Of a DNA stretch of 63,696 bases, positions 1 through 13,900 are shown in pieces. Numbering within the stretch: position 1 is the stretch's first letter; each line of letters starts with the position of its first letter. The notes under the pieces are model-generated. The model was not told the origin of the DNA, searched no databases, and saw only the letters and a program-made list of their open reading frames with translations. Origin of the DNA: Trichinella spiralis (taxonomy: Eukaryota); NCBI RefSeq assembly GCF_000181795.1, contig NW_003526940.1:84440-148135 (forward strand). Direction: 5' to 3'. The position numbers and the translations under genes were made by a program.

Positions 1-455
1 AAATAGGCAAATTTTCAAAATTTTCATAACAAGTTATTTATTATTTAAAAAAATATTTACATTTGAACATCATCTTGCAAAAGAGAATATATGAAGAACT
101 GAAGTATTTATCATAAAGGAAAAAAATTACTTTCATAACGTTAACCGCACTGCAGCTAAATAACAAAATTCTTCCTCATGTTCATTTTTCATTAAAAAAT
201 GTATTAATTTTATTTATCAGATGTAATTTTTTTCAAATACAAACAGAAAATTTCGAATTTCATGAAGCCTTTATTTGAAACCAATTACATGAAGCAAACA
301 AAATAAAAAAATATTTTATTTATTTATATTAATTTTTGTAAGCACATTAATTTGTATCAACTGTTAAAAATGTAAAATAATAAAATGTGAATTTAAAAAA
401 CGTGAAAATTATTTTTAAATGATTAATAAAGTGTTTTGGAATACGGTAATGATTA

Positions 456-1454
456 TTAATCATGCTGATGACTGAATGAAACAGATCCATATCCAGATTT
501 AGTCTTTTTCTTCTTGTGCTTTCTATTTTTCTTACGATTTTTGGAATGATGTTTCTTTTTAACTTTGTGATCTGAATCATCGCTGTTAGTAAAGGTGTAA
601 AATTTTGGCGATCTCTCATCTTTGACATCAGAGGTATGGAGAGAAATTTGCGACGAACTGCCATCACTACTAGCTTGAGTTAATGGTTGAGGTTGATCGT
701 TCGACGGACTGAGATTTTCAGGTTTGATTATTGATTGACGATGTGATCTTTTTTCATACAGACGTTGCAAAACTTTTGAACAATTTTTGCAATAATTCCC
801 CGGTATAGAATCTAAGGTGTACAGTCCATGATTTCTGGAAGAAGAATGTTTACGAATGATATTCATTAGCCTTCTTTTTATTATTGCTTTTTCTCTTCTT
901 CCTCTTTCATAATCTTTCGACAAACGGAATCCTTCAAATTTATCTCTAGGGTAACTTTGAGAACGACTTGTATAATATCTGTTCCTTGTTGCTTTCCTCC
1001 TGCTTCGATCTTTTGACAATCGGGATTTGTGACTTCGATCTTTGGAATAGTTTCTAGAATGTGAACGTCGTCGCCGATTTACATGAAATCTGCTTCGTTC
1101 TCTTGATTTTCTTTCTCTAAAGCTTCGTCGACTTTTCGGTGAACGGTCAACAAAACTACTTCCTCTGGAATAGTTTCTGGAACGGGAACGTCGTCGACTT
1201 ACACGAGATCTCCTTCTACGTCTTGATCTGCTTCGTCTTTCACTTTTCCAACCCCTCGTCGAACGGTATACTTCACTTCCATCTCTAGAATACCAGTTTC
1301 TAGAATGTGAACGTCGACTTGTTGCTGATCTTCTTCTTCGATTTCTACTTCTTCGACTTCTCGGTGAATGCGATGCATCAGCATTACCTTTGGAATAGCT
1401 TCGGGAACGTGATCGAGAACGAGTGCGAGAACGAAAACGAGCACGTCTTGCCAT
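456..1454 (-). CDS. Arg/Ser-rich protamine-like basic protein with PGxYCxxC motif (family member A), single exon
   Basis: 332-aa ATG-initiated ORF starting MARRARFRSRTRSRSRSRS. It has repeated SHSRN(Y/W)S-type units, then PGNYCKNC and a Lys/His-rich C-terminus. A minus-strand TTCAG lies ~15 nt upstream of the ATG. Motifs are shared with the ORFs at 47459 and 62722. Confidence 0.75.
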   Translation of the reverse strand: MARRARFRSRTRSRSRSRSYSKGNADASHSPRSRRSRNRRRRSATSRRSHSRNWYSRDGSEVYRSTRGWKSERRSRSRRRRRSRVSRRRSRSRNYSRGSSFVDRSPKSRRSFRERKSRERSRFHVNRRRRSHSRNYSKDRSHKSRLSKDRSRRKATRNRYYTSRSQSYPRDKFEGFRLSKDYERGRREKAIIKRRLMNIIRKHSSSRNHGLYTLDSIPGNYCKNCSKVLQRLYEKRSHRQSIIKPENLSPSNDQPQPLTQASSDGSSSQISLHTSDVKDERSPKFYTFTNSDDSDHKVKKKHHSKNRKKNRKHKKKKTKSGYGSVSFSHQHD

Positions 1455-1504
1455 GCTTGAAACGGACCAACTGAATTATTTCATATTCTTCCATTATTAT
1501 AAAT

Positions 1505-1565
1505 ATGCTGAAGTTTAAACAAAACATTTAAAGTTTAATGCTGAAGTTTAAACAAAACGTTTAAA
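1505..1565. repeat. 33-bp tandem duplication just upstream of member A
   Basis: atgctgaagtttaaacaaaac(a/g)tttaaa occurs at 1505 and 1538. Confidence 0.8.
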
Positions 1566-2549
1566 TTAATTTGTTTAAACATAAAGGAAATTTTAAACTA
1601 GTTGTTATGAATAGACAAAATTTCTAGAAATTAAGGAAAATGCTGAAATATTTGAATTGTGAAACAAACTGAAATTTAAGGAAAAGAGATGCAATGCAAT
1701 TTAAGGAAATAAAAATTTCATAATTGCACATCAGAAGTTTGTCTCAGGAAAGGTTTTATTGAAAAATAGAAAATGAATGTCTATATAAGATAAATTATTC
1801 GTAGAAAAAAATTAAAATTTATTAAACTGTCACACGTAAGAACAGATCAACGCTAAATAGCTAATGAAATAGTATAAATCACCATCCAATTAGAAATCAA
1901 AATGTAATAGCCAATCAGTGAACAAAGAGGAGGATAGAATCGAGCGAACAAAAGAAGAGCATTCCGTAGCACAATTTTCATCTAAAAATGATATGCAATA
2001 ATTAAAACTCTAATTTTTATTCTGGAATACACGCACACAAAATTTCATACAGCGGCATGCTATACAATAACGCATGCACGTGATCAAGTGATAAATATGA
2101 GAATGCATTCTTTTTTTTTAAACGTATCCATATTGGTAAATAAATAATTATTTTTAATTGCTGAAAAATATCAGCAGCTGCTAACTATCATTTTACACGC
2201 ACACTTTAACTGTAACACAATTAATCGTCTCTTTTTCTAATTTATAATTAAATGCAAATTTCAGTTGCTTGCCTGTTTAAAGTCGCAGTTACTTCTCTTA
2301 ATACAGCTTTTTACCTACGCTAAATATAACATTAAAATTTCATGCATATGTTCTACGGAATTTTATTTTCTGCAAAATATTTAAAACAATTTACTCAATT
2401 TTGATGTTAAATTAAAATACAGTATGAATCTAACTTTACTTTCTTTATCTGTAATTTCCCTTTATATCTTTGCATGTTAGTTGACCGCAAAGTTTCTATA
2501 TTTCAGCTGGAATATTTTTTGTTGCTGAATAAATCAGGATTTTTTTTAA

Positions 2550-3086
2550 ATGAAATACTACTGTGTGAAGAGCGATTTTAAAAATACTTGGGATGAAGTT
2601 GTAAGCGCTTTTTGGCAGCGCTATCCAAATCCGTACAGCAGTCATGTTCTTTGTGAAGACACTGTTTTTCGTAATGTGGTTGGTAATAAGTTGATCACCA
2701 AACGGATTTTTATAAAGACAACTCGTATTCCAAAATGGGGAGAACGTTTTATTTCCTGCAAACAAGTTCCAGTATTGGAAGAATCTGTGGTAGATCGTGA
2801 TTCTCAAAAGTTGATCACATATACTCGGAACATTAGCTACGCGCGTCTGATGTCCATAGAAGAAAAGTGTATTTATCAAGTGGATCCAATGAATTCGCAA
2901 TGTACAATACTTACTCGTGAAGCGTGGTTTAAATGCAATTTGAAAGGTTTTGCTTCAGCTATCCAGCGATTAAGTTTGGAACGATTTAAACATCATGCCA
3001 ACAATGCAAATAAAGGATTGCAATTTGTCATTGCAAAGATGCTTTCTGCAAGGCAAAATCAAGTTTATTCCAAGTCAGAATGTTGA
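2550..3086 (+). CDS. PRELID1: PRELI/MSF1-domain mitochondrial lipid-transfer protein, intronless CDS
   Basis: WDEVVSAFWQRYPNPYSSHVLCED...PKWGERF...LEESVVD...YTRNI matches the PRELID1/Ups1 signature. The 178-aa ORF is uninterrupted, with a TTTCAG acceptor-like site at ~2506 upstream of the ATG. Confidence 0.93.
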   Translation: MKYYCVKSDFKNTWDEVVSAFWQRYPNPYSSHVLCEDTVFRNVVGNKLITKRIFIKTTRIPKWGERFISCKQVPVLEESVVDRDSQKLITYTRNISYARLMSIEEKCIYQVDPMNSQCTILTREAWFKCNLKGFASAIQRLSLERFKHHANNANKGLQFVIAKMLSARQNQVYSKSEC

Positions 3087-3602
3087 TTTTTTAATGTACA
3101 ATGTTCGCATGTCTTTTTAAAATAATAAAGTTCAATTTTGATGCTCTTGATGATGATAAATTTAGCAGTTGTAGATGCGAAATATTTTACAGATATTTTT
3201 TTACTATGACCATCCTTGGAAGTGATAATTTGGGTTTTAGATAATTTAACATGGTTGTTGATCAAACGTTGTTACAGTTTTAGTTTATGTATTCGACAAA
3301 TTTGTTGGGAATTGTTGTTTTATATTCAAGTTTAAATTATAAGTTTAGAAATTTGTCGTGCAATTTTAAATAGTAAAAGATTGTAATATAGAATTTAAGT
3401 TAGAATTTTTATAATAAAGTAATAAAATAGCAAAGTGACATTTAAATCAAATTACACGTCTGAATTATGCTTCATAATTTTTGCAAATGGCTTTGTTATT
3501 TTTATGAAATTCATGATTTCATTCGAATCATGACATTTATAAACATTTTGCTTTCAAATTTGTTGAAAACTATTAGTTTATCATCAAAACTGTTATATAT
3601 AT

Positions 3603-4074
3603 TGTAGCAGTTATTAACGCGATCCTTGTCCAGGTTGGGCTGGAGAAGAGGCGAAGCCTGAATCTATGATGTACAAGCACCTTTCGGTTTATTCACGTAT
3701 CTTGCACGTCATTCGAATATCCATTATTAACCATTGTTGTTTGCTCATCGATGGACGCATTGCGTCGCCAAGCCAGGTGCGTCTCGAGGGTCATAAGGCC
3801 ACGGCAAGATCATTGCTACCGGAGCGATGGCAGCAAGATAAGGGCTCCAGGCGAAGGCCCTGCTGTGTATCATGACCCGGAGCCGAGGCATATATGTAGT
3901 TAGAGTTTAGTTGGATTGTGTGCGCTGTGTTGTTATTACCATTGAACGTTGCATATCATAAATCGAGAGGAACAACGCAAACATTGCCGGAGAGTCGACG
4001 GAGAATGCCGCCGCTCAGGGATGATTTGACGGCTCAGAAGCTGTGGAATAAGCCGGCTTGGGCGGCGCGTTACA
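3603..4074 (-). mobile_element. Solo LTR (Gypsy-like)
   Basis: GC-rich 472-bp island bounded by TGTAGC...GTTACA, with a 4-bp direct repeat ATAT at 3599-3602 and 4075-4078. An AATAAA lies on the minus strand (tttatt ~3688). Confidence 0.75.
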
Positions 4075-7000
4075 ATATTATAAAGTATAAATTATATAAA
4101 TTGTTGTTAGCAAAGTGAAAGAATACAAACGAAAACATAAGAAAATACATTCTGAAATGTAATATTTTGCAAAATTTTGAAACTATTTCCAACTCTTAAG
4201 TCGAAGAACTAACACTAAATAAATACGTCGAGTTTTTATGTAATAATATGTACCATACTGAAATATGTACAAAATTCTATAATAATAATTATTAATATAT
4301 TCAATAATAATTACTTAATGTAATTTATAAAATGTAAAATAGTAGTGTGATTGATAATAATAGAATTTCAGTGGCTTAAGTATTACAAAGGCTTCATATT
4401 ATTATTTTTATTCGAATGATTCATATCACCAATAATTACTGCTTTGAATTGTTCATTTATTAGATTTTTATATTTACCATTTCATATTTGTTTGATGTTT
4501 GCTTTTAACAACAATTTCAATTTTGCGTAATTACTGTTGTGCTATATAAAATTATGAAAATCAGGTTCACTTTTACGTTGTTTAACTTTGGATGACTAAA
4601 ATATATTTTGTCCTTCCAATGACTAAAACCGGGTCAATTTTGACTTGGATGAAAAAACAGCATTTTAGGGTTTTCACTGTACTTATTTGTAGAACTTAAT
4701 GCTTCCTTTTGTTTGATATGCTATTCCTGAATTAGATTAATTGAGAATTCGTTTTCAAATTGTGTGTATTGAAACTACACTGCAATCGGTTTGGATTAAT
4801 TAATTTATTTACATTATTGTTCAACTCATAATTATTTTCAGCGAGAATTGATCGGTGTGCACAATACAGTTAGTGTAAATAAATTAAGCGGAAAGTTAAA
4901 ATTTTCAAGTTTTCAAATTAAAAGGTGTTAAAAGTTGATCAACTAAATTCCAAATACTTAATTTTTAATCGAATAAAGTTTGTGACATTTCAACAAACTG
5001 CACAGCTTTGAAAGATTGTCGTTTTTGACTGAGAAGAGCTGAAATTAAAATTTTTTTTTTCACTGTTTGTCCTCAAACACATACACTTTGAAATGGGATT
5101 TCGTTTCGAAATTTATTTTCAAAATTGCTATCTACTGTTGATTCCATTTCAATGTTTGTTCATTAAAATGGAAATTTTACATTGCTGTCTGCGATAAGAA
5201 TGCATAGCTAGAATTGAGGACAGATTTAATAAATGAATTTAAATCGTTTGGAAGCAGTGCAGTTCAGATAAATGTATTCGGTTTTAATTCTATAACTATG
5301 ACAAACGTATTGTCCATTTTTGACTGTAAAGGTTATAATTTTTCCAACCGTTCGAAAAAAACTGTCACATGACACATAACTGATTTCACGTGACGTCATG
5401 GTTTACATAAGTACAAAACATTAATGACAATTTTTTCTTTATATTATTTTATTATGTGATAATAGTGGTTTTTCTTTTTCATCTTATTTTCAGTGAACAA
5501 TTTCAGTTAAGTAACTGATATTCTTACAATTCGAAGTAGATGATAATTTAAAATTCAAGTTTTCCGTAGGTGTGATGTGTTGGTATTGTTTTGTTTCAAA
5601 ATTACCATTCATTTTGTCGTATTGTTAACTGTAATAAATTTCAAATGTACCAGATGATTCACTGATATTTTTTTTATCATTTGAAAGATTAAGACATTTC
5701 ATTGATTTACAATTTTGAAATCAAAACTCTACAAATTTTGGTTTTGCATCTAAATGTGAACAAGTTGTTCTCATTTCTAATTAAACAAGTATTGTATAGT
5801 GCTAAGAATTTGTATGATCGAAATTGGAAAATTTTCCACAACCGGTTCCATATATTATATTGTAAGAAAGAAAATTTTCAAGTATAAATAGTACTATACA
5901 TTGGGTGATTGGATAAGTGATCAAAGCTTAAGGATAAAATTTACAACGACATGTAAACAAGAGCAGTTTGTATTGATATATTTTACTTTTGATATGTTTT
6001 CGGTTTTGATGTTAAATTAAAAATTTGAAAAAAAAACTGAAATTAAAAAAAAATCTAATTAATTTAATAACTGACAAGAGTGACAGCATGGCGTAATGCA
6101 ATTAAGAAACATCAATTTCATTTTGATTGTAATAAATTTTACAATTTTTGAAAAGTAAAAAACAAGTAACGAAAACAGGAAAATTATCACCACCGCACTT
6201 GCAATTGATCGACTTAATTTATGCTTACTGTGAGTATTGATTGGCAAGTATAATTGAATCGAGAAAATCAAAACAACCTGATTTTTCGCGTTAGTGGGCT
6301 TTTGCTTGCGATACGGTCGTGCGTGTTTCACTTTTTCGCCATTAAACTTTGCTAAGTGAAGTTCCATTGTGTAAGGTTAGCATTTTATTGTCGATTTGTT
6401 AATATTTTGCCGATTTTATTCCATCACTAGTCAACTTTAATGTTGATTTGAAACAATCGTTTTCGTATTTTTTGTTCTCATCTTTTCACGCGATATCCAA
6501 TCAATTGAAATGGGATTGCGTCAATGAATGATAGATCATGTAAAGTTGTTTTTTTTGTTTTTTCATTTATGTTTGAAATTTTGACTACGCAAAATAATGA
6601 AACATTTCTCAAAAAGCTGTCCAAAAAAGTGGTGGTAGTTTGCATTTAAGTGGTAGGATCAATTAAAAATGATTGTTTTTTTTGTTTTGTTAATTTATTC
6701 ATGAGAAACAAAATTGAAATATTTCACGTATAATGTTTATTTGAACGTTAAAGAAATTCCAAGAAAATAAATCTGTTTTTCACATGTCATCCGTAACATG
6801 ATGAAATTGGTTTAAATTGAGTAATAATAATAAACAAAATGGAAAGTATTAGTCGTAGCAGAAATGATCGACTTGCGATCAATAATAATAATAATTATTA
6901 TTATTGTTCGACAGTTGTACAAATAGAAAAATAAAAATTGCTATATATCGTACGGTTGGTTTAGGGGAAAATTTGTATAATTCTCAACAGAGCACAGAAT

Positions 7001-10000
7001 GGGCTAGTTTCTCAATTAGGTATACAAAAACAAGCCTGCGGCTTGTTGGCGTTGCGGTCGTCGTGGAGATGGATGAAAAATATTATTATAACGCTCGTTG
7101 GGCGAGCAGGCAGAATTTGCAAAATGCATGCATTCGCCTGTGTGTGTGTGTGTAGTGTGCGCGCATACGTCTATTGTTTGAACGCTTTTGCTGGGTCAAT
7201 CTGCGTTGCTGTTGCCGTTGCTGCTGCTGCACTGCGTTTCTCGCTAGTCAGACTTGTTTCGCCTGTTCGTCCCAGTTTTATTATTGATTTTTGGCCAGCC
7301 AAACGAATCCTTTGCTTGCACTGCTCGCCTTCTATTCAAAAGCGTCTGTTCTGCCCTGCTCTGCTCTGCTCTACTACTAAACACTATATATATACTAAAC
7401 TATTAGCAGCAGTGGTTGGTATTATTATTATTATTATTATTGTTATTATTTTCTTCTTCTTCTTCTTATCATTATTATTAGACGGTTTGTGTAAAAAAAA
7501 CATAAAAGCGATATTATTAGGAACAAATGGAATAGGTTTGAAAAAAATTTCGAATATGTCAATTTTCTTCTTCTTTTTTCATCTGGTAAAAGTTAACCGG
7601 TCGGTCGTTGAACTGGCCAATAATATCAATCGTTTTGCACATTTGGCAAGAAAAATCTTGATCACGTTTTCATTGCTGTTGCTAACTTCGACGAAATCAA
7701 TTTTTTGAAAATAATATTTAAACAAATAACACGTATGTGTATGTATAAAGTAGTAGTCGTGGGATTTCTTTTTTCTTTGTATTGAAGGCGTTTTCCATCT
7801 GACCCTTTGCGTATTTCTTTCAGTTTGTGATTGAGTGGAACGTATTATATTTATTTCTTCTCATTTTCTTTTGTCTTTTGTTTTCATGACAGCGTAATTT
7901 TTTCTCCTATTTGGTCATCTTTTTATTTTTTTATCATCGTGTCACTAAAAATCAGGTTATCTGTGATGGGCTATAATTTGGGTTGGTCAATGGAATCAGG
8001 TTAGCTTTGTTTTTCTGCTCGGTTTCATTGTTTCTTTCGGGCTTAGTCCATGGAGAAGGGTCAAGTGGCGCAATCGGCCGATTGTGCCCGAATCTGTTGT
8101 GTGTGTGTGCACATGGAGCGCAGAACGACGATGATGGTTCCGCCGGCAATTGGGTCGGGTTAGATTAGCCTAAAGGGGGCACACACACACACTGTGAACA
8201 CAGAGGAGAGAGAGAGAGACTTATTTTTCTCGGCCATTGGTCTGTTTTGCAGCCCTGCTCTACACTGCTGACCAACTGTTCGGTTTGGGATTTTTTCATT
8301 CATATTCATTCGACCTCTGCCCGGTCGCTTGCTTCGAATCTTTCCTCTCTCAGTCAGTCTGTCTTTCTCAATCACTGCACACCTCAACGTCTATATCGTC
8401 TTGCTATCTTTGACGAATCTATTCTTTTTTAAATTTTTTTTGCTTTTTCTGGCATTGTCCAATTTCTACTACTCGCTGTGTACCATCACAATGTTAACGC
8501 ATAGAAAATATTCGGTAAGAATTTTTTGTTTTTTATTTTTTAGCAGGAGGGATAGCATGATTTCCGGGATTCAGTTTGCCGTCGAACAGCAGCAGCTCAG
8601 TTCAGTTGCAGAGATAGATATACGTCGTCGTCATTTGACGTAACAAACTATTGAAAAGCGGCTACATTACACACGCGCTTGATGGGTTGGTTGGTAATGT
8701 TGTTTGTTCTAGGTTTTTTCATTTCAAACGATTTCTCGTTTCAGTTAACTATTCTCTGCTGACGTCGGGTTCTTTTTTTAATTTTCACTCTTCACAAGTG
8801 TCAATGAATGAGAATATACTTTTTCTTCGAAAGAAAAAACAGCATAATTAATTTAAAATTACATTTCAACACATCGATATGAGTCGGCTTGTTGTGAAAA
8901 GGGGAGTGAGAAGAAAAAAGGAAGTTCGCCTATATGCGACGACTATGAGAATATATTTTATATTATACACGTGCGCGCTTGGGAATGATTTATTATAATG
9001 AGGTCAATGAGCAGAATTGAATGCACACACACCGCAGCGCCTGTTGCTTGACTGCTTGCTTTTTCTTTGCAGCTTTAAGCTTTCTCATTGCAAAGCGAAG
9101 CTGTTCTCCCCCCCCCCTCCAGTATAATAGGCCAGCAATAACGCTGCCGTAGCAGCATCAATAGTCTATGTATATAGTGGTACTGCTACTGGCAGTAATT
9201 GCAGCAATCGTAAAATTAGTAACAGATGTTGCAACGGAGAGAGAATAGTGCGGTGTTGGCGATTTTTCTTCTTATGGCTGCATCATACGCCTCGTCTCTG
9301 TGTCTATCTGTCATCCGTATCTTTTCGAAAGTGTTTTCTTCTCTTTATTTGCAATACAACATTTGAACGACAAATCAAGACCAACCCCTTCGAAACGATA
9401 GTAAACATGCAATAGAACAAATCCACTTTGGACAATTGGCCACAATCGTAATGACGTCGTTTGTTGGTTTTTAATTTTGTTGTTGTTAATGATGAAAAAT
9501 TGAAATCATTTAAAAAATATATATACTAATCAACCTCCTCTTGAATTGTCGAGCCGAAAAGTATTGTTGAAAAAAGCGATCGTTCCAATGCGCATGCCCT
9601 TGTCGCTTTGCAGGAGAAATTGTCTTGCAACTAGATTTTTCAAGGCAGTCATGTGCTTGTAAACAGGACTCTCATACGACAATTGTGTTTTCTCAACTTT
9701 ATTTGCTGTAAAAAGAATTTTTTTTCATTCTTCATTTTTTACAAGATATACATTATTTGCAAGAAAAAAACAATAATATTTATTTTGTTGTTGAGTTGAT
9801 AAAGGTGGGTTATTTTTTAAAATTTATTTTGTCGCGTTTTATTTCCGTTTTTCCATTGAATCGTCATTTCGGTTTGCAAAGAAAATCTTGCTTGCTTGCT
9901 TTTGACATATTGATTCTTACGATCTGTATTTGCTTGTGCTGGCTGCAGTCTGCATAAAATGACAATCGATTGCGTGCGATTTCATTTCGGTAAACGAGTT

Positions 10001-10926
10001 TTTCTCGAACATTGCCTGTTTCTTCAACCGCTACTCCGGCTTGCTGGCTGGCTGATCAGAAGCGAGCACAAACACTTTTATAGAATAATAATAATAATAA
10101 TAGCAGCAGCAGCATCGAATTGCAATCGCAGAAGAGAAAAATATAATACTAGGCGGTGGCGGCCCATTTCTTTTTCTACTTTTGCTTGATGATCATCATG
10201 ATAATTGTGGTGAACTTCTTTGACCTTATGGCTTTGGATTCTGCATTGTAATTGCGGCCAACGGATCAAATTTCTATCTTTCTGCTGATAAACGGAGCAG
10301 TGATGCCAAAAAAAAAGTGTACTGGTATTCATTCAATCATTCATTTGCTTTGTTTTTCCTCTTCTCTCTTGCCCTTGATTACAAAGATTGAGGTAATTCC
10401 TGCTCTGTTTGTTCAAGCGAGTGCAACCGAGAAGCAGCCAATCAACGCGTACTTTCTTTCTATCTCGATCTCTCAGCACACACACACACGATTGCCCTCG
10501 TTTGAAGCTTGTCTGATCTGTTGATGAAGGTCATCTCTACAGTATTCCATTCAGAGAGAAAGAGCGAGAGAGAGCTGTTGTTTTGTCATCTTTCTCTCAT
10601 TCTGCATTCACACATGTCACACGGTCGGTCGTTGTTCGACAGTAGATTTTTTTCCATTTTCATTTTTTTGCTCTTCTCATCTGCAAACTTTGCGCGCATG
10701 CTATTTTATTTATTCACATTTTATACTATCGAGAGAATAAGAATTAGTCAAATTGTTGCTGCTGCCGTCGCGAATCATCATCACATACCCCTACATGCAT
10801 CATCGTTGTGCACTGCTTTTTCCATTGGCACAAAGCGTTTCAATTCGTTTTTTTTCTTCTAATTTTTTTTTCTTTTTTAGCGAGTACCGGTCCAATGTCA
10901 GATTCCTATTTGCCTGCTCAAGTATA

Positions 10927-13900
10927 ATGTGGAATATTGACGGAGGAAACAACAGCGGAACTGGGAATCCTCTGTTTACTGAAAATTTAGATCCAAATAC
11001 TTCTTCTTCTTCATCCTCTTCTTCTTCTTCTTCTTCTGTTTGGAGTAACGTGAACAGCAGCAATCCAAATAATAATAGTAACAATCTTTTGATATCTGGC
11101 AGTTCATCGTCTAGTGTAAAAAGTAATCCATCATCAGTGATCATCATCATCATTGTGTTTTTTTGACTTCTTTTTTTCCCTTTGTTTCAGATTCTTCCAA
11201 AAACGCTTGGGACCCTAGCAGTTCTACCTCCGCTTCTAATTGGAAAAACTCAGGTCCTACTGGTAGTGTTGGTGGCAGCTCCGACTGGTGCGGAGTCGTG
11301 AAAGCAAGTGCGGACGTCAACAATTCTGCTTGGTCTCAAAGTCGAACGACCCAAGTAAGCGAAAAAAGAATACCTTTCACCCTTTATTTTTGTTCTCTCT
11401 CTTATTGTATTGTTGTTTTCTTCTTTTCAGGGCGAAAATAGCCAATCTGTGTGCAGCAGCAGTTGGTCGGAAATTGCAAGAAAAAGCATCAATACTGCTC
11501 CTCCTGCACAATCAAATCCAATTGGTAGCGTAATAAACCCTGCGAAAGACTGCAATTACGAAATGGGCACAGGAAATTGGGGAAAACCTGTAGATCAGGG
11601 AACACCGTGGGATGTTGGTAATGCTGGTAGCAGCAATAACAGCAATGGCGGCGGCAATGATCCAGGTACTTGTTATTTTTTTTCTGTATTTCCTTTTACT
11701 TTTTTTAATATAATTTTTTTGTTCTTTTCAGCTAATGCTGGAGGACGACGAACGGATGACGAATCTTTGGTGGCATCTTCAAGTTGGGGTAGCAGACCGG
11801 CAGCACGTGAACCGGCCTGGAATACTTCTAACAATTCAAGCGGTGGCAATAATAACAACAACAGCAGCAGCAGCAATAATAATAATAATAATAATAGCAG
11901 CAATAACACCAACAACAGTATGTTCTGGAAGCCTCCCACTGATAAAGAACAACAGTGGGCTGCTCCACCATTACCGCCACCACCACCACCACGTACATCA
12001 GGTGGATGGGAAGATGTTCCAGTAAGTGTTTGTTTGTTGTTGGAGTGAAGAGAAAGAATTTTAAATTGTTTTTTATTTTAGATTTAGTTAGTGAAATAAT
12101 ATTTTTCGAAAGCAATTTGACTTTTCCAGATTCAGATGATGATTGTTGTTTTTACATTTCAGAGTACTAGTACTTCACGAAATAACGCCTGGAACAGTCA
12201 AGAAGGGGCACCGAATAACAACGGAAACAACAACAACAATAACAACAACAATGGCAACAGCAGCAACAACAATAACAACAACGCTAACAATAACGGTAAC
12301 AACAACAACAACAACAATAGCAACATTTGGAATGGCCCGCCACTGGCACAAGGTAAGTGTTGTATATTTTGCATTGATTAATTGAACTCATTGCGTTTAC
12401 TTTACAGATAGCAGCATGATATGGAATAATCCATATCCGAAGAAAAATACAATGCCGGATAAAGGTACTGCCATATGGGGCGATCCCGCCGCTCAAGGTG
12501 AGATTAAGCGCTGGAAAAACAGTAATGAGGATGCCAATTCGGTGAGCACTCCTCCAAATCCAGCTCCATCTACTTCTGCCGGCGCTCCTTCCACAAGTTC
12601 TAAGGTGGCTATTCTGCCGAATGCCGGTAGCGTTTGGAAAGATTCTCCAATCGCTCCACAACCAGTTAAACCTCTGAACGGTTGGGGTACTACTGGTATG
12701 AACAGCCCGTATGGTGGTTTGAACGCTACTGGGTAATTTCTTTTTCTTTTTTTTGAAATAAAACTAACAATAATATACTAATGGTTTTGTTTCTAGTGCA
12801 CTGGACGCCAGTTCATCGTGGATGAACGACGCAGCCGCTGCCGGTGGGCAGGTTTGGAATAATGATGCTGCATCTGCGAAAGTATGGAGAAAAGTTTTTT
12901 TTTTATTCGTTTCGTTTAAGCACCACCACCACATTTATATATTGTATTATTTTTATTGTTCATTTTAGCCTGGCACCAGTAGGCAAGATGTTGGCAATCG
13001 TCGCAACGTTGATTCGAATCTCGTTGGCGATGACATATTTGCTAGCCATATGATACCTGGTCCGAGCACAAATTGCGATAATAGCATGGTGAGTTTTAAC
13101 GGTTTTTTAATGTAAATGTTTATTATTTAAAAAAACACCGGTGGAGGGTGTACAGTGCATGAGGAGAGTTGCTGTGGCAGCAGTGGATTGATTTGACACT
13201 GATACTTAAGAAGTTTTTTTTTTATTTCGTAAACTTTGAGATAGAGAGTTAGTTTATTAATTGGAGAATGCGTAAGAGAAAAATCCAAGTCTCTTAAGGG
13301 TTTTTTTGCCCATTGGTTCGGTTAGGAACGTGTGTGTGTGTGTGTGTGACTTGATTTGCTCGTTTGTGGTAAATTTGCCCCTTAGTACGGTCGCTATGGT
13401 CGCTGCTGCTCTTTAGGCTTTGGCGCACCAAGTAGCGGAGAAGCTCAATATAGCCATGAGGACCGGACACATAGACAGTACTATTTTAAATCAACCGCTG
13501 CCGCAAGAAACTTTACTTAAGTTGAGACAGCTGCTACAGTGTATAACGAAATTGGAACAGTCGAAAATCGAGCTTCAACACTTGCAGACGTTGGAACATA
13601 ACGGGACGTTGAACGCCTCTCAGCAACAAGAATACCGGCGCCTGGCCGGTGAGGTGAATCAGCTTCGACTGACCGCGCGAAATTTGCGCAGTCAGTTCAG
13701 CGCCGCGCAACAAACTTCACTGAGGAAAAACACCTCATCCAACGATGTAACTTTCGGCTGTTCCATGCCAACATCAGATTTACCAAATCAGTCAAAATTA
13801 ATGGTCAGTTTTTCTTAAAAAAATATTACGTATACGTGAATCGACGAATATTGTTTTTTGATTAATAATAATATTTTTTTTTGATTTTTCAGCAGTGGAA

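Noticed and set aside
1886..1915. Two CCAAT boxes between divergent member A and PRELID1
   Set aside because: Short motifs are expected by chance in AT-rich DNA, and there is no TSS evidence.
2496..2900. 134-aa minus-strand ORF
   Set aside because: Antisense shadow of the PRELID1 CDS.
7043..7708. 221-aa hydrophobic ORF and similar F/L/I-rich ORFs through 5.7-10.8 kb, 15.7-20.6 kb and 32-42 kb
   Set aside because: Non-ATG starts, translation of T-rich simple repeats, no recognisable domain or splice-consistent structure.
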